This document shows positions 40,948 to 54,310 of a DNA stretch of 64,000 bases, piece after piece. Position numbers and translations under genes: made by a program. Positions within the stretch are counted from its first letter, which is position 1. Each line of letters opens with the position of its first letter. Source of the DNA: Octopus sinensis (Eukaryota); contig NC_043012.1 of the NCBI RefSeq assembly GCF_006345805.1, positions 20,398,001 to 20,462,000 on the forward strand, in the 5' to 3' direction. The notes under the pieces are model-generated. The model saw only the letters and a program-made list of their open reading frames with translations, had not been told where the DNA came from and searched no databases.

Positions 40948-41203
40948 CGTACATATATATATTTATATGTGTGCATATATATACATACACATATATATCC
41001 ATATATATATATATATAGCTGTATCCTTACACTTCTGTACATATGCACATATACGTTTCCATATCTGTCTAAGTGTATACCTGTATATTTCATTTTTTAA
41101 ATTAGTTTATTTAAATAGGCACGTGAATTTGCATTTATATTGTTCTTTGTACATGTGTTCATTTATATAAAAAATCTATACATATCTAAGAGGGTATGAC
41201 AAT

Positions 41204-41241
<38 letters not shown>

Positions 41242-41245
41242 TATA

Positions 41246-41296
<51 letters not shown>

Positions 41297-42724
41297 CATA
41301 TATATATACACATATATATATATACATATATGTGTGTAAATGTATATATGTATAGATGTATATATGTATAGATGTATATATATATGGATGTATATGTGCG
41401 TGTGCATATGTGTATATATTTATATATGTATACGCAGAAGTGCTTATATATGTGAGTATATGTATATATTTGCATTGTGTTTTTATACATGCGTATATAA
41501 GGGTATCTCTTCATATTTGCGTATATTGGTAGGTTTGCAGCTGAATGTGCTTGCATATGATGTACTATGCATATATGTGCGTGCATATATCTATATCTGT
41601 ATGAATGTTTATGTGTCTATAGGTACATATATGTTTGTGTGTGCGTGTATGTGTCTGCTACTTTTGTCTCCGTGTGGTGTTTCAGTATATTAATGTTATT
41701 CGAGTATTCAGGTGTATGGTTGTGGTTATGTACTTTAAAGAATACTAATTATGATTTGCTTATGCTTCTATGTATGCGTGGGCAGTGTTTTGATTTCTCA
41801 AGTGTTCATTAAAATAGAAATTATTCTGAGGTGTGGTTAGATAAGGTAATTAAAATTAAAGTCCATAATCTTTTACGTGTGGTATTTTGGTCTTTTAACG
41901 CTATTTCAAAATCATCCCTGTTCATTACTATCGCATGTTCATTTCTATATTTCCAGTTGTATGTTCTTTTTTGGATTAATTCATATTATATTTCATTAAA
42001 CGTAGACGTACGCTTTTTAATCTATTTTATAGATATTTTTATTTTTACTATACATAGTTTACTTCCTCTCTTTACCACTTCTTGTTTTCTTGTTAACATT
42101 AAGGGTGGCCACTTTCCCTAAACTTAGATGAAGCACCTTAATTGATATGAAACAATACAGCTTTATTTATACTAACTATGCCTAGCTAATTTCATCTAGT
42201 ATCGGTCTTCCAGACATAGTGTGTATGAAACAAAAAAGTTGTATGTATACTTATGATAGAATCATTGATGTAAGTATGATATTCTGGTTATTCGATGAGC
42301 TAGATTTCTTTATCAGCATAAATTTGTGAATAAACAATTATTCTGTATAACACGTAACATAAATATCAACAAGACATGTAAATATAATTTATTATACACG
42401 GAAATTATTGTTACAAGAAGAAGACTGCGTAACGGCTGTAATCTTAAGGGTTGCAAGTGGTTGAATAAATATATTTACCTATCATATATCCTGATTTTAT
42501 GTTTTATACACCACTCATGAAATAATTTCATCTCCTGGATTTGAACGGCATAGAACTCTGCAATAAACAGTTCTTTATTGCATTACTATGTGATCTGTTA
42601 GTTGAGTCTTCTAGAGGAGATTTCTTTGATAACCACACGATTCTATTAATTCATATATTATATTACATTATGCACACACACACACACGCATATATTTTGA
42701 TATATATTTAAAATAATATAAAGT

Positions 42725-42895
42725 AATTAATTTTATGTATTGGCTTATGTTTTTCATTGTTTGATTTGCCTAATAGCGGTTTTATCTCTAATTTAATATA
42801 ATATAATATATTTATACTATAAAATTGAATTTAATCCTAAATCTGATTTTTCCCTATAAGTTTGGATTTATTCCCTAATATTTTATTATTAATTA
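42725..42895 (+). mobile_element. 5'-truncated copy of the 6-kb element (tail only, no ribozyme)
   Basis: Colinear with 6150-6310 (TTTATGTATTG...TTTAATCCTAAATCTGATTTTTCCCT...TTTGGATTTATTCCCTAATA), followed by (TA)n. Confidence 0.8.
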
Positions 42896-42921
42896 TATAT
42901 ATATAGATATATATATATATA

Positions 42922-43433
42922 CCGGATGCACTGAATGAATTATCGTCTAAATTATGCAAAAATAAAAATATCACTAACAACTTATTTTAATAGATATATT
43001 TACCAAAATTACATAAAAATATCTTGAAATGTTCAAAAATAAATTTATTCAGTTATATCGCCATTGGCTTCAACTACGGCCGCCAAACGATTTCGGAATC
43101 TCCTGTAGCTCTCCTGGACGGTCTCCTTGTTTAAGCTGTTGAATACTGCCATAATCCGTTCCTTCAGTTAATCTTTGGTGTTACAAGGAATTTTGTTAGT
43201 CTCTCGCTCAACTGCACCTGACACATAATAATCAAGGGCATTGTAGTCTGGCGAGTTAGGTGGCTACTTGTTAGTAGTGAAGAGGTCACAGAGATTATCT
43301 GACGGCCATGACTGGGTTCCCCTACTTGTGTGGCATGATGTAGAGTCACAAAGCGTCTTCGAGCAACCACCCTCTTGACCCTGGACAGCGCTATCTCCTC
43401 CACGAACTTGATGTATATCTCCGTGTTGAGTCA
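42922..43433 (-). mobile_element. maT/DD37D-like transposon, 3' half
   Basis: Minus strand PPNSPDYNALDYYVSGAVERETNK...RRFRNRLAAVVEANGDITE*. Homologous to 52733-53586. Confidence 0.85.
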
Positions 43434-43438
43434 TGACT

Positions 43439-44281
43439 CACGGCTTGAGTAACGAACACTTGCTGATGGCATTCAGGCTGATTGTTGCATCTTCTGACTG
43501 ACTGCCTGATAGTAATGTCACATCTGGTACAGCAGAGGGGACGGTTCTCCTCAGGGCTGAGACTGTAGCCGAAGCATTCTGCTCAAAGTTGAATCGCTTT
43601 GCGCAGTTGTGTCAAGCTATGCACATATTGTGTTTCAACAAAGTACCATCCAGATAGATGTAGTGGTCAGCAACGGCTTTATAAGTGAAAGCCAGCACTA
43701 CTTCTGTGACGTCTCCAAGTCACGTTCTCCGCCAGACAAGATTACTGGTTCAACAATTGGCACTACACCATTATGTTCAAAAGATCATGGCGTAACGAGA
43801 CAGGACATTGGCATTCTCCATCATGGTGTGATATGAGGTAGTGTTAGATCTAATTTTCAATACACAGCGCCATTTGGAAAACTAGGTAGCATCTCTTTTG
43901 TATTCAGCAAAGCGCTCAGACATACCGCTAAATACCTTGCGTAGTGCATTCATTGAAGGATCCCATAATAGGCACAACACCTTTGTTGACCTTGAATTCG
44001 GGATTGATACCCTTATCTTGAAGCACTTTCACCAAATGAATCCCAGCACTAATATTCTGGTAGAACGTCTCGTGGAACATAGTAGCGCCGCAGATGTATT
44101 TGACACATTCTTGGTTGACCGTAAACGTATAGGATTCTCCTCGGTATTCTCAAAATTGTCAGCCGTGAGCCTCTTTTCCATTGAACCAGTAGACTCCCTT
44201 GCCATGGGATTCAATAGCCGCACCAATCTGCTTCAGTTTATATTCCTGTCCAGGAGTGAGGTAAGGAGCGAAGACTGCCAT
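43439..44281 (-). pseudogene. ALDO: processed pseudogene of class I fructose-bisphosphate aldolase
   Basis: From ATG at 44281: MAVFAPYLTPGQEYKLKQIGAAIESHGKG / STGSMEKRL / ENTEEN / MFHETFYQ / KVNKGVVPIMG / ECTTQG / [10 protein letters not shown] / [10 protein letters not shown] / GVVPIVEP / [11 protein letters not shown] / [11 protein letters not shown] / LSGSQSED / LNAISKC..KP. No introns, several stops, frameshifts and deletions; the C-terminal part is missing. Confidence 0.93.
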
Positions 44282-44442
44282 GTTTGAGAAAGTGCGAAAC
44301 GATGAGGAATGGAACCTAGTTTTGCATCTGTGGGTAGGAGTATGCGCTGCCTTGCCTTACATTTACTCCTGTACCTGCTCAAGTTCAAATGTGTTGAATA
44401 CTACGAAATATATTCTATACAGAGAATTCCTCTCTCTTTAAT

Positions 44443-44518
<76 letters not shown>

Positions 44519-44560
44519 TGTGTGTGTGTGTGTATGTGTGTGTGTGTGTGTGTTTGTATG

Positions 44561-44603
<43 letters not shown>

Positions 44604-45490
44604 GTTACCTACAACACTAGCAGTACTAATTTAAAATAGGATGTGTATTGAACTTATCAAGACGGCTGAAATGTAGTTTAATGCGTATGAAATAATAAAC
44701 CATATATTTACTTAATCTCGTTATGTTTTATGTTGAAAATCTTTTCGAAAACATCATGGTTGAATTTTATCATCAACGAATGAAAATAGAATTCTAGACA
44801 CTCTTAGAAATAGCTTTGTCGTCAAGCGGTCGCTAGATCAAGAGATGTAAAAAAACTTATACGGATTATATAATACTGTTTCACAACATATTTTGTAGCA
44901 AAAATTAAATATTTCTTGCATGTATATATTTTTGAAAGCTGTTTTGGAAAAGATTATTGAGATTTGAATCTGATCACGTGTAGAAGCTGCAAGAAGCTAA
45001 CTTAAATATTAAAATGCACAGTTCAAAATATTTTTGTGAATGAAAGTTATATTTATTTCTCGACGTGTAGCTTCAGATGGCGGATGCTGATCGATAATTT
45101 TTGGGCTTGTTTTTTGTCTCATATTTCGATTAAGTGATATCTGGAGGATAAAGAGATTTCCAAGAAAGTTCATCATTTCAATATTCGTACTGCTTAGAGT
45201 ACACTTCAAAGAATGCATTAATTTTCGCAACTTTCTATCTGACTAAGCATAAGATTTTCGAATCAAAATATCACATTAGGTAAAATGAGATATTATTTTC
45301 TAAAAATAAATGTATACACATTAAACTGCTCACTTGTTTTATACTTAAGACCAGACTATCCCCAAGGACATTAATACATACATACGCACATATATAGTAT
45401 ATATATATATATATACACACATTCATATATATATATAGAGAGACACACACAAACATATATATACATATATGCATACATACACATACACAT

Positions 45491-45762
45491 TCTTTCTTTT
45501 TATTTTCTTTTATTCTTTTACTTTTTTCAGTCATTTCACTGCGGCCATGCTGCAGCACGTCATTTTGTCGAGCAAATCGACCAAAACAGAATATGTTACG
45601 AAACAGATTATATAATCCAAATAAGTTTTTATTCTTTATAAGCCTGGTACTTATTCTATCGCCGGTCGTTTTCGCCGAATCGCTAAGTTACATGGACGTA
45701 AACTTACCAGCATTGGTTGTTAAGCTATGTCTGGGGAACAACACAGACACCTATACACACCT

Positions 45763-45810
<48 letters not shown>

Positions 45811-45985
45811 TATATATGTATATATACATATACGACGGGCTTCTTCCAGTTTCCCTCTACCATATCCACTCACATGGCTTTAGTCGGCCCGAGGCTATAG
45901 AAGAAGACACTTGCTCAAGGTGCCATGCAGTGAGATGAACTCGAGACCATGTGGTTAGCTAGCAAGCTACTTACTAGGCAGCCAC
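45491..45985 (-). mobile_element. SINE family B
   Basis: Colinear with the reverse complement of 53881-54310; expanded internal TA tract. Confidence 0.85.
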
Positions 45986-46011
45986 GCAAACACGCGCGCA
46001 CACGCACACAG

Positions 46012-46074
<63 letters not shown>

Positions 46075-46104
46075 TACATGCACACAAACACACACGCGTG
46101 CACA

Positions 46105-46179
<75 letters not shown>

Positions 46180-46465
46180 ATACCAATGTGTGTATACCAA
46201 TAACCTATTGCATTTGGAAATGTTTGTGAATTATTTGTTCCTTGCATTTCTTATATTTCTGATACATGCATATTTAGAATTTAGAAGCTCACACAAAATT
46301 TCGTCCGCACACTGAATTAAAAATAAATCGTTTCTAAACCTACTACCTCGGATGGCCTGCATAGGTCATAGTAATTTTAAATTTACCGCCTAAATAATAC
46401 TTATCTTATTTCCCTTCAACTTCGAACTCTATGCTTTGTAATAAACGCTCTAGAGAAACAGCCCT

Positions 46466-47041
46466 CATACCACGCGGAGTTTTTGCTGCTGAGTTGCCAG
46501 CACTTTGATGACGAATTTCGATGGTACTCTCCCCATGTACAAATTCTCAGCTAAAATGGAAGGAACTGATGCTGAACTTATTTCCATTTTACGAACAGTT
46601 TCATGGATTGTTACCCGACGCGTTTCCATGATTATTCGCCGAAACTTCTCGACTGGCTCCTCACTTCGGCCAGTGGATTTCTAGCTTAGATATATCTCGC
46701 TCAATGCTGAGGTTTGTCCTAGTTGAAAGCGCCTGTACCACTCATTGGTCGGGATCTTACCACCGCCAAAGGCCTGCTGAATCTTCTGAGTATCACAATC
46801 TCTTGATAAATCCTGATGTCATATTTCTTCTCAATGTGTTAGGTGAAAACGAAAATCCGACGAGCTCGCACTCACGTCTGTACTATGGGCGCAACAGCCG
46901 GGAACTGACGTAACATTCCGTGGCAAAAGTTTTCACGCATGCGCAGGAAGATTGGCGTCACTTCCCACTCAAGGGTTTTTGTTCAGGCGTCATTAGGTTT
47001 AGCGGGAAACAATAAATCACATACTTTCTGAAAGCACCTCT
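46466..47041 (-). mobile_element. mariner 5' fragment (HTH region)
   Basis: Minus strand QKIQQAFG...EWYRRFQLGQTS...RRVTIHE...ISSASVPSILAENLYMGRVPSKFVIKVL, a mariner N-terminus with a degenerate WVP-like linker. TIR-like TACTTTCTGAAAGCACCTC at the right end. Confidence 0.75.
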
Positions 47042-47791
47042 TACTTGTGGCCAAGAAAAAATATCTCCTGCAATTTGTGTAAAAAATTAAAACAAAATAG
47101 AAAGATTCCTACTCATTTAAATTTCACCAAATCGTCAATATTCTCCAAGGTATAACTTGAGTCTTGAGACGAATTCATTTATCCATGTTTGCTTTGAATA
47201 TTTGCCAAGGAATAAACGTCTCCATTGTTTAATTCCTTTTCTTTTTTCAAATATAATTTTTTTTCTCAAACTGACCAGAAAAATAGAATCATTTTGTAAG
47301 ACAGGTTTTTCCGCTTAATTACACTTGATACTTTTCAGTTTTTAAGACGAAATCATGTTTTACACTGTAAATAACGTACTGTAGTTTTGCAGTGAAATAT
47401 ATCGATACAAAATTTATAACTTGCGGTTGTTTGAAATTCACACAGACAAATAACAACTTTTATGAGATGCTGTATACTTTTCTACATTGATGTAAAGAAA
47501 TAATTGGTAGAGTTCGGAGAAGTTAATTTCACAGTAGCAAATGATTCGCTTCTTGCAAATGATGTAGTTCTTGTTCTTCACACACACACATATAAACACA
47601 CATATAACGAACACACATATAAACACACACATATAAACAAAACAATCAATAATAAATGTGCAAACAAGCAGATGCATGAACGAACAAAAGCAGATACATA
47701 AACACAAACATACATACCGACACACACTAGAACATTTAGACACACACATGTAAATGTCTATATGTATGCATATATATATATAGAGGGTGGT

Positions 47792-47853
<62 letters not shown>

Positions 47854-48808
47854 CTATATTATAATACATATATACATATATATATACATATATATACATA
47901 TATATATACATATGCATATATATATAGAGAGAGAGAGTGAGAGAGAGAGAGATTCATATATATACATGTGTGTGCACGTGTATACTGTTTATATATATTC
48001 GTATACAAATACACAACGACATAGACATTTTTACACACACGTGCACATACACACATATATCTTTTGGATATATATGTATGTATGTGTGTGTGTGTGTGTG
48101 TGTGGTGTGTGTTTCACTTCACAAACAAAATTAAAATTACTAAACATATATAGATAAACACACATATAATTTTTTTTTAATCTGTTTCAAACACACACAC
48201 GCACACACATATGCACATACTATTTATATATAATATATACGTATACATATGCACATTAATATTAACATTTAGAAGCACGGGTGCGTGTGCGCGTGCATGT
48301 ATGCTTTTGTGTGTGTATATTTAACATGAAATATGCAATTATATACTGCTCTCTTGTCTGTGTAGATACATAATTTGAAACCTGTTTGGGCATAATTATT
48401 CTGTTAAGCCTCTTTGGTTTATATATATTTTTAGTCAAGATTGTTTTAAGGTTAATAATTCTGACAAGCTATCCAATTATATTTTATTTATTACTTCGAA
48501 ACTTCAAATCTGTTCGGTCCGTCATGCGTGCGTGATTGGTTAGGACGTTATTATAAGACATATTTTTGTGAAGCAATTCGAGAAAACTTAAAATTTTGAA
48601 TAGAAAATGTATACATTCGCAATAGACGGAAAATGTAGAGATGCTAATAAAAATCCACTCATTATATCGGATTGAAAAAAAGAATTTCAGTTTATATAAC
48701 CATTTCAATTTAAACAAATTAATGTAAGGATTCGAAATAAGTTCAACGTATATATATGTGTGTGTGTGCGTGCGTGCGTATACATATGTACATACACACA
48801 CACACATG

Positions 48809-48893
<85 letters not shown>

Positions 48894-49157
48894 TATTATG
48901 CTAAAGTGTCGTAAGTCGAAAATGTTGCTTTTTCAGAAAACGAAAAGATAATTTTACCATTCCATAGCAAAACCGTTGTACTACACTTTGACAATCTTTG
49001 AGACCGTAGCATTTGAGCAGCTGGAGATACGATAACTTGACCGAAAGTACCAGCTATTGCAAGTAAATATAAACATAGTAAACAACACAGTTGGCCCAAT
49101 TGGGACGTACAATAGTTTAATATAATGGCAAGGATATATAATATATTATATATATAT

Positions 49158-49222
<65 letters not shown>

Positions 49223-49356
49223 TTCAGCAACAATTTAGATTCAAATGAATATGGTACTTAATTTAGATGCACCAGAATTTTGATGGTGGTACCCATAAAA
49301 AAAATGCGGGGTGATTATAATCAAAGAATAAAAAGCAACAAGATTGAATCCGGTAC

Positions 49357-49444
49357 TTTAGTACAATTGTTTCATACTACAACATTTTATTAAAAGCTGT
49401 AAATATTACAGCAGATTTAAGATGCTGAGTAATCTTCAGCTAAA
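49357..49444 (-). ncRNA. type I hammerhead ribozyme (inverted copy)
   Basis: Reverse complement of the 49.7-kb motif; helix I TTTAG/CTAAA. Confidence 0.75.
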
Positions 49445-49657
49445 TTTTATATAGGTTTTCCAATAATATAAAGTTTTCAAATCAATTAATAACATCTTAG
49501 GGAAGGTAAATATACAGATAAAGATGTAGACATGAGTTGTAACCGAGGTTTTGGTCAGTTAGCATCTGAACTACACGACCTCATGTTCCTAACATTCATA
49601 TCTACATCTTTATCTGTATATTTACCTTCCCTAAGATGTTATTAGTTCATTTGATAA

Positions 49658-49749
49658 AATTTAGCTGAAGATTACTCAGCATCTTAAATCTGCTGTAATA
49701 TTTACAGCTTTTAATAAAATGTTGTAGTATGAAACAATTGTACTAAATT
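49658..49749 (+). ncRNA. type I hammerhead ribozyme with extended helix II
   Basis: Helix I AATTTAG/CTAAATT; CTGAAGA (49665-49671); helix II TACT/AGTA, CAGCAT/ATGTTG and GCTGTAA/TTACAGC; GAAA (49731-49734); palindromic ACAATTGT; GUA, predicted cleavage after 49742. The first helix II pair is U-U. Confidence 0.8.
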
Positions 49750-49779
49750 ACCGGATCTATTCTTGTTGCTTATTATTCT

Positions 49780-49812
<33 letters not shown>

Positions 49813-49813
<1 letters not shown>

Positions 49814-50183
49814 TAGCAGTATCGCCCGGCGTTGCTCGGGTTTGTAAGGGAAATAACTATATAAACATATTTACTGATGTAAAGTATAATAGCCATCTCA
49901 ATATGGCTAACCACAAAGGGGGTGTTATTGTAGCTTTTTACGTTCTGAAATTTAATAATACATTTTTAGAGAGTTACTTCCCTTATATGATAGCAAAAAA
50001 ATGCATTAAAAATGGGAAAAAATGATGGTAATTTTTTTTTTAAATCGTAGAGCCAGAAGGGCTCGATATGAATCACGACTATAAGATACCCGCTTTTGGT
50101 TACACTGCACCGCAAAATGTGGGAGTAGTTAGGAATCTAAATCGTAGGAGACAGATACACAACTTCACTTTTATATATAAAGA
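49813..50183 (-). mobile_element. non-autonomous Helitron
   Basis: Minus strand starts TC (TCTTTATATATAAAAG) and ends with hairpin CCCGAGCAACGCCGGG, then CTAG. Inserted between A and T, with no TSD. Confidence 0.85.
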
Positions 50184-50209
50184 TATATATACCACACACA
50201 CACACACAC

Positions 50210-50328
<119 letters not shown>

Positions 50329-50352
50329 CATACATACATGCATACATACATA

Positions 50353-50807
50353 TTAGGTTTTCATATTTGAAACGTTGCATTTTAATTACTTATATCACTC
50401 ATTTAAAAACTGGAAGCTAGTGAGTGGAGGTGACTCAACTTTGTCCCACGACAATGCAACCCTTACACTTCTCAAGCTACGGTCCAAAATGATGCAACAC
50501 CTGAGTTATGAAATTTTGAAACATCCCCCCTATTCCCCTGATATCTCTTCTACTGATTGTCACTTATTTAAGCATTTGGAGCTTTTCATACGCAAGAAAT
50601 CATGTTTAAATAGAGAAGAGCTAATTGAAGCATACGGACAGTTTATCACAGCAAAAGATGAATCTTGATTTTAAAGATGGAATATATGACTTAGAGAAAT
50701 GTTAAGTAAATGTCATAAAAGAATTTAGATCACACTTGGATAAAATAAATCAGTTCTCTAACACGTCTGAATCATTTTATTGCTACCTTCCAAATATGAC
50801 AACCTAA
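50353..50807 (+). mobile_element. internally deleted mariner transposon
   Basis: TIRs TTAGGTTTTCATATTTG / CAAATATGACAACCTAA with flanking TA. Translation includes HDNA...HPPYSPDISSTDCHLF. Confidence 0.88.
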
Positions 50808-50836
50808 TATATATAATAAAAATAATATCCGCACAT

Positions 50837-50878
50837 ATATTCACGCATAAATATATATATATATTTATGCGTGAATAT
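50837..50878. repeat. perfect 42-bp palindrome centred on (TA)n
   Basis: ATATTCACGCATAAATATATA|TATATATTTATGCGTGAATAT, with imperfect extension to 50819-50896. Confidence 0.9.
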
Positions 50879-52134
50879 TTGTGAACATATTATTTTCATT
50901 TTTGCGTTTTACCATAGCAGAGGAAACACCACAATACCCAGTTGCTAGAACCAAATTACAATTATGTGAAATATTTCTCAGCATAGGCAGTAACTTAACC
51001 GTTCCAATGACTTCAAATCATTCGCTAGTACTTCAATAATCTACGATAACTGGAGATCTACACATGCTTCCTCGGGGCATCAGTTGTGGTACATAGTGTT
51101 TCTGATATTGCACATGGTATGCAACTACTTTCTATTTTAATAGGCAATTACTTTATCAACCGTTATTGCCGAAGTAGTGATGACCTGTGATGTTTACTTT
51201 AGCTGCTAGGGGAAATTTCCAAGATAGACCTGTTAATTCATTATTCGATGTAACATCTACACTGAAAACAAAGTGATATTCAGACTGCACACCCCCAGAA
51301 ACACTCTGCAATCTGCTTAAGACTAGCGAATGTCTTCAAAGCAATGATAAAGAAAAATGATATTTTCTGTAGCTGTTGAAATAGCTTCTATCCAATACAT
51401 ACACACACGCATATACACACATAGATATGTATGTACACACACACATATAGACATGTGCGTATGTGTGTTCTCTAGTATTTATTAATAATATTGATATATG
51501 GGGTAACGCCACACACCGATATAATCAGATGTCCTTTAATAAATGTCCATGAGCATTTCCGTTATGTATTCGCTGAAATGATCCGATGTAATAATATCTG
51601 AAGCAACCGGACAGTTGCCAGGTGTGCCAAATATTTAATGCTGTATCGTTACTGTTCACATATGTGAATATATACGTATATTCATGCAGACATTTGATTA
51701 TATGCACAAGAGTGTTATCATTCCACATAGCACTATCTGCAAACTATACATATTTATCGTTTTCGAGACACGATATCATAATAAATTACAAATACATGAA
51801 ATGATAGGAATACTAAACCAGACAAAAACAAAAGAAATTCTGATAAGAAAACAATAGCATTCATGTTTTCTTTTTTTATCTGACACCAGAATTCTTGCAC
51901 ACCTTGGAAGAAACAGACACACTTACAAACTTACAAATATACATACAGAAGAACACATGAATGTATATTCATATACACATAACAACATAGAAGAATATTT
52001 GGCAAAACTTAACAGTTGAATAACAAGGAAGCGACAAGCCAAATGGTATTCATGCATGTGATTACTGCTAAACTAGAAATAAGTAGCCTAAATATTGAAA
52101 TGCTTGCTGGTCTCTACATGTCTCTCCCCCTCTC

Positions 52135-52545
52135 GGGCGTGGTTGTGTGGAAGGAAGTTTGCTTCCCAACTGCATGCTCCCGTGCTCAGGCCCAAGGTGT
52201 GACAACATGGGCAAGTATCGTCGACTATAGCCCCGGGCGGAGCGAAGCTTTTGAGTGGATTTCTTAGACAGAAACTGAAAGACACACATCGTGTGTACAT
52301 GTGTGTGTGTTTGTGTGTGCCTGCGTGTATGGGTGTCATGTATCTCTAAATATCTTTCGCAACGATTGAGAACCCGTTTTGGCATGATAACATCCATACA
52401 ACTCAGCGGTTCGGTAGAAGAGTTGCATAGCATAATTACCAGGTTTCAGGAAAACTAACTACTTGGGTTGATTCATTTGACGAAGAATTCATTTAAGGCG
52501 GGGCAACAGCGCAGATGCAAACTGATGACTGAGATAAATAAAAAA
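52135..52545 (+). mobile_element. SINE family B, old
   Basis: Degenerate but colinear head, GGGCAAGT core and AGCGGTTCGG. Confidence 0.7.
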
Positions 52546-52732
52546 TAAAATTCAAAGATAAAAGATGTATACATGTATAAATATATATAACGGGAAGCTT
52601 TATGAAAATAGACAAAAGACGAAGGCAGGTTTACGGAAATAAACAAAAGACGAAGGCAGGTGGAATACAAACAAACAATTGTATTAGTATGGCGCTCAGG
52701 AAATATAAATAAAACATACATTTATATATAAA

Positions 52733-53586
52733 CAGGATACGGTGAATAGACTGTCGTCTAAAATAAAAATAACACTGACATCTCATCTTAACATATATAT
52801 TTACCAAATTACATAAAAGCATCTTGAAATAGTAAAGAATAAATCTATTCAATAAAATCCCCATTTTCTTCAATCACGGCCTCCAGATGACTTCGGAATC
52901 TGCTGCAACTCTTCTGGACTGTCTCTTCGTTTTTGTTCGTGAACGCTGCCATAATCCGTGCCTTCAATTGATCTTTGGTGTTACAAGGAATTTTGTTGGT
53001 CTCCGCTCATCTGCGACCCACGCGTAATAATCAAGCAGTATGTGGAGTTTGTTGGGCAGATATTTGTGATAATGCGGTCACATAAATTGTCTGACGGCCA
53101 CGACTGAGTTCTCCAACTTGTGTAGCATGATGCAAAATCCTGTTTCCTGACATAGAGTCTTCCAGCAGCCACACACTTCACCCAGAGCAGCACTACCTCT
53201 ATCAAGCACTTGTTGTAGGCCACCTTGTTGAGTGTGAAGCCGTGTGAAAAGGTGAATGTATGCATAACGTTGCGATCATTAGTGATCACTCCAATAACCA
53301 TGATTGCTAGATGTTTGATTTTTATCACTCTCTGTACATGTCCTCAGTTTGACAACCAAACACTCTGAAAAGTTCTGCTGGAGCTTCCGACGCGGTGGCT
53401 AAGCAGTACAGCATGTCGTTTCCAGACTTCTGGCAGAATAAATTGTCTCATAGCGCTGTATTTTCTCACAGACAGTTGCTAACTGACCCTACTATACTTT
53501 GCAGTTGACAAATTAAAAAAACAAAAGCAATGTGCATGTGCTGCATAAAAAATATAAAATGGCGACAATTTACGCACCGCACCCTG
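52733..53586 (-). mobile_element. internally deleted maT/DD37D-like transposon with both TIRs
   Basis: TIRs CAGGATACGGTGAATAGACTGTCG / CGACAATTTACGCACCGCACCCTG. Translation includes IMVIGVITND...VAAGRLYVRKQDFASCYTS. Confidence 0.85.
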
Positions 53587-53812
53587 TTGCTGCGGTATTT
53601 CGTCATTTGTTGATGTGTTGTGCCAAAATCACAATAAATATCCCACGAAGAGAAAACATCGTTCCAGCAGCGGTCAATACCATGCATCTAGTCAGAGATG
53701 TAAACTCAGAATAGACACCACGGTAACTGTTTGACAACAGTGCGTATACATTACACATAACGTATAGCTGGGTATATAGGTATGTTCGTGAGTATGTCTG
53801 CATATACCCCGC

Positions 53813-53880
<68 letters not shown>

Positions 53881-53882
<2 letters not shown>

Positions 53883-54310
53883 CTCAGGAGTGGCTGCGTA
53901 GTAAGTAGCTTGCTCACCAGCCACATGGTTCCCGGTTCAGTCCCACTGCGTGGCACCTTGAGCAAGTGTCTTCTGCTATAGCCTCGGGCCGACCAATGCT
54001 TTGTGAGTGGATTTGGTAGACGGAAACTGAAAAAAGCCTGTCGGATATATGTATATATATATGTATGTATGTGTGTGTATGTTTGTGTGTCTGTGTTTGT
54101 CTCCCTAGCATTGCTTGACAACCGATGCTGGTGTGTTAATGTCCCCGTCACATAGCTGTTCGGCAAAAAGAGACCGATAGAATAAGTACTGGGCTTACAA
54201 AGAATAAGTCCCGGGGTCGAGTTGCTCGATTAAAGGCGGTGCTCCAGCATGGTCGCAGTCAAATGACTGAAACAAGTAAAAGACAAAAAGAGAAAAAGAG
54301 TAAAAGAGAA
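53881..54310 (+). mobile_element. SINE family B, best-preserved copy
   Basis: Head, GGTTCAGTCCC, GGCACCTTGAGCAAGTGTCTT, internal microsatellite, 3' GACTGAAACAAGTAAAAG and an A-rich tail. Confidence 0.92.

Larger units (their letters stand above)
49221..49781 (-). mobile_element. (TA)n-embedded fold-back element with two hammerhead ribozymes
   Basis: Arms ~49323-49535 and ~49596-49781 are reverse complements apart from a ~30-bp indel and a few mismatches. An unpaired ~100-bp tail lies at 49221-49322, with (TA)n on both sides. Confidence 0.75.

Noticed and set aside
43898-44287. 129-aa plus-strand ORF
   Set aside because: It is the antisense shadow of the aldolase pseudogene.
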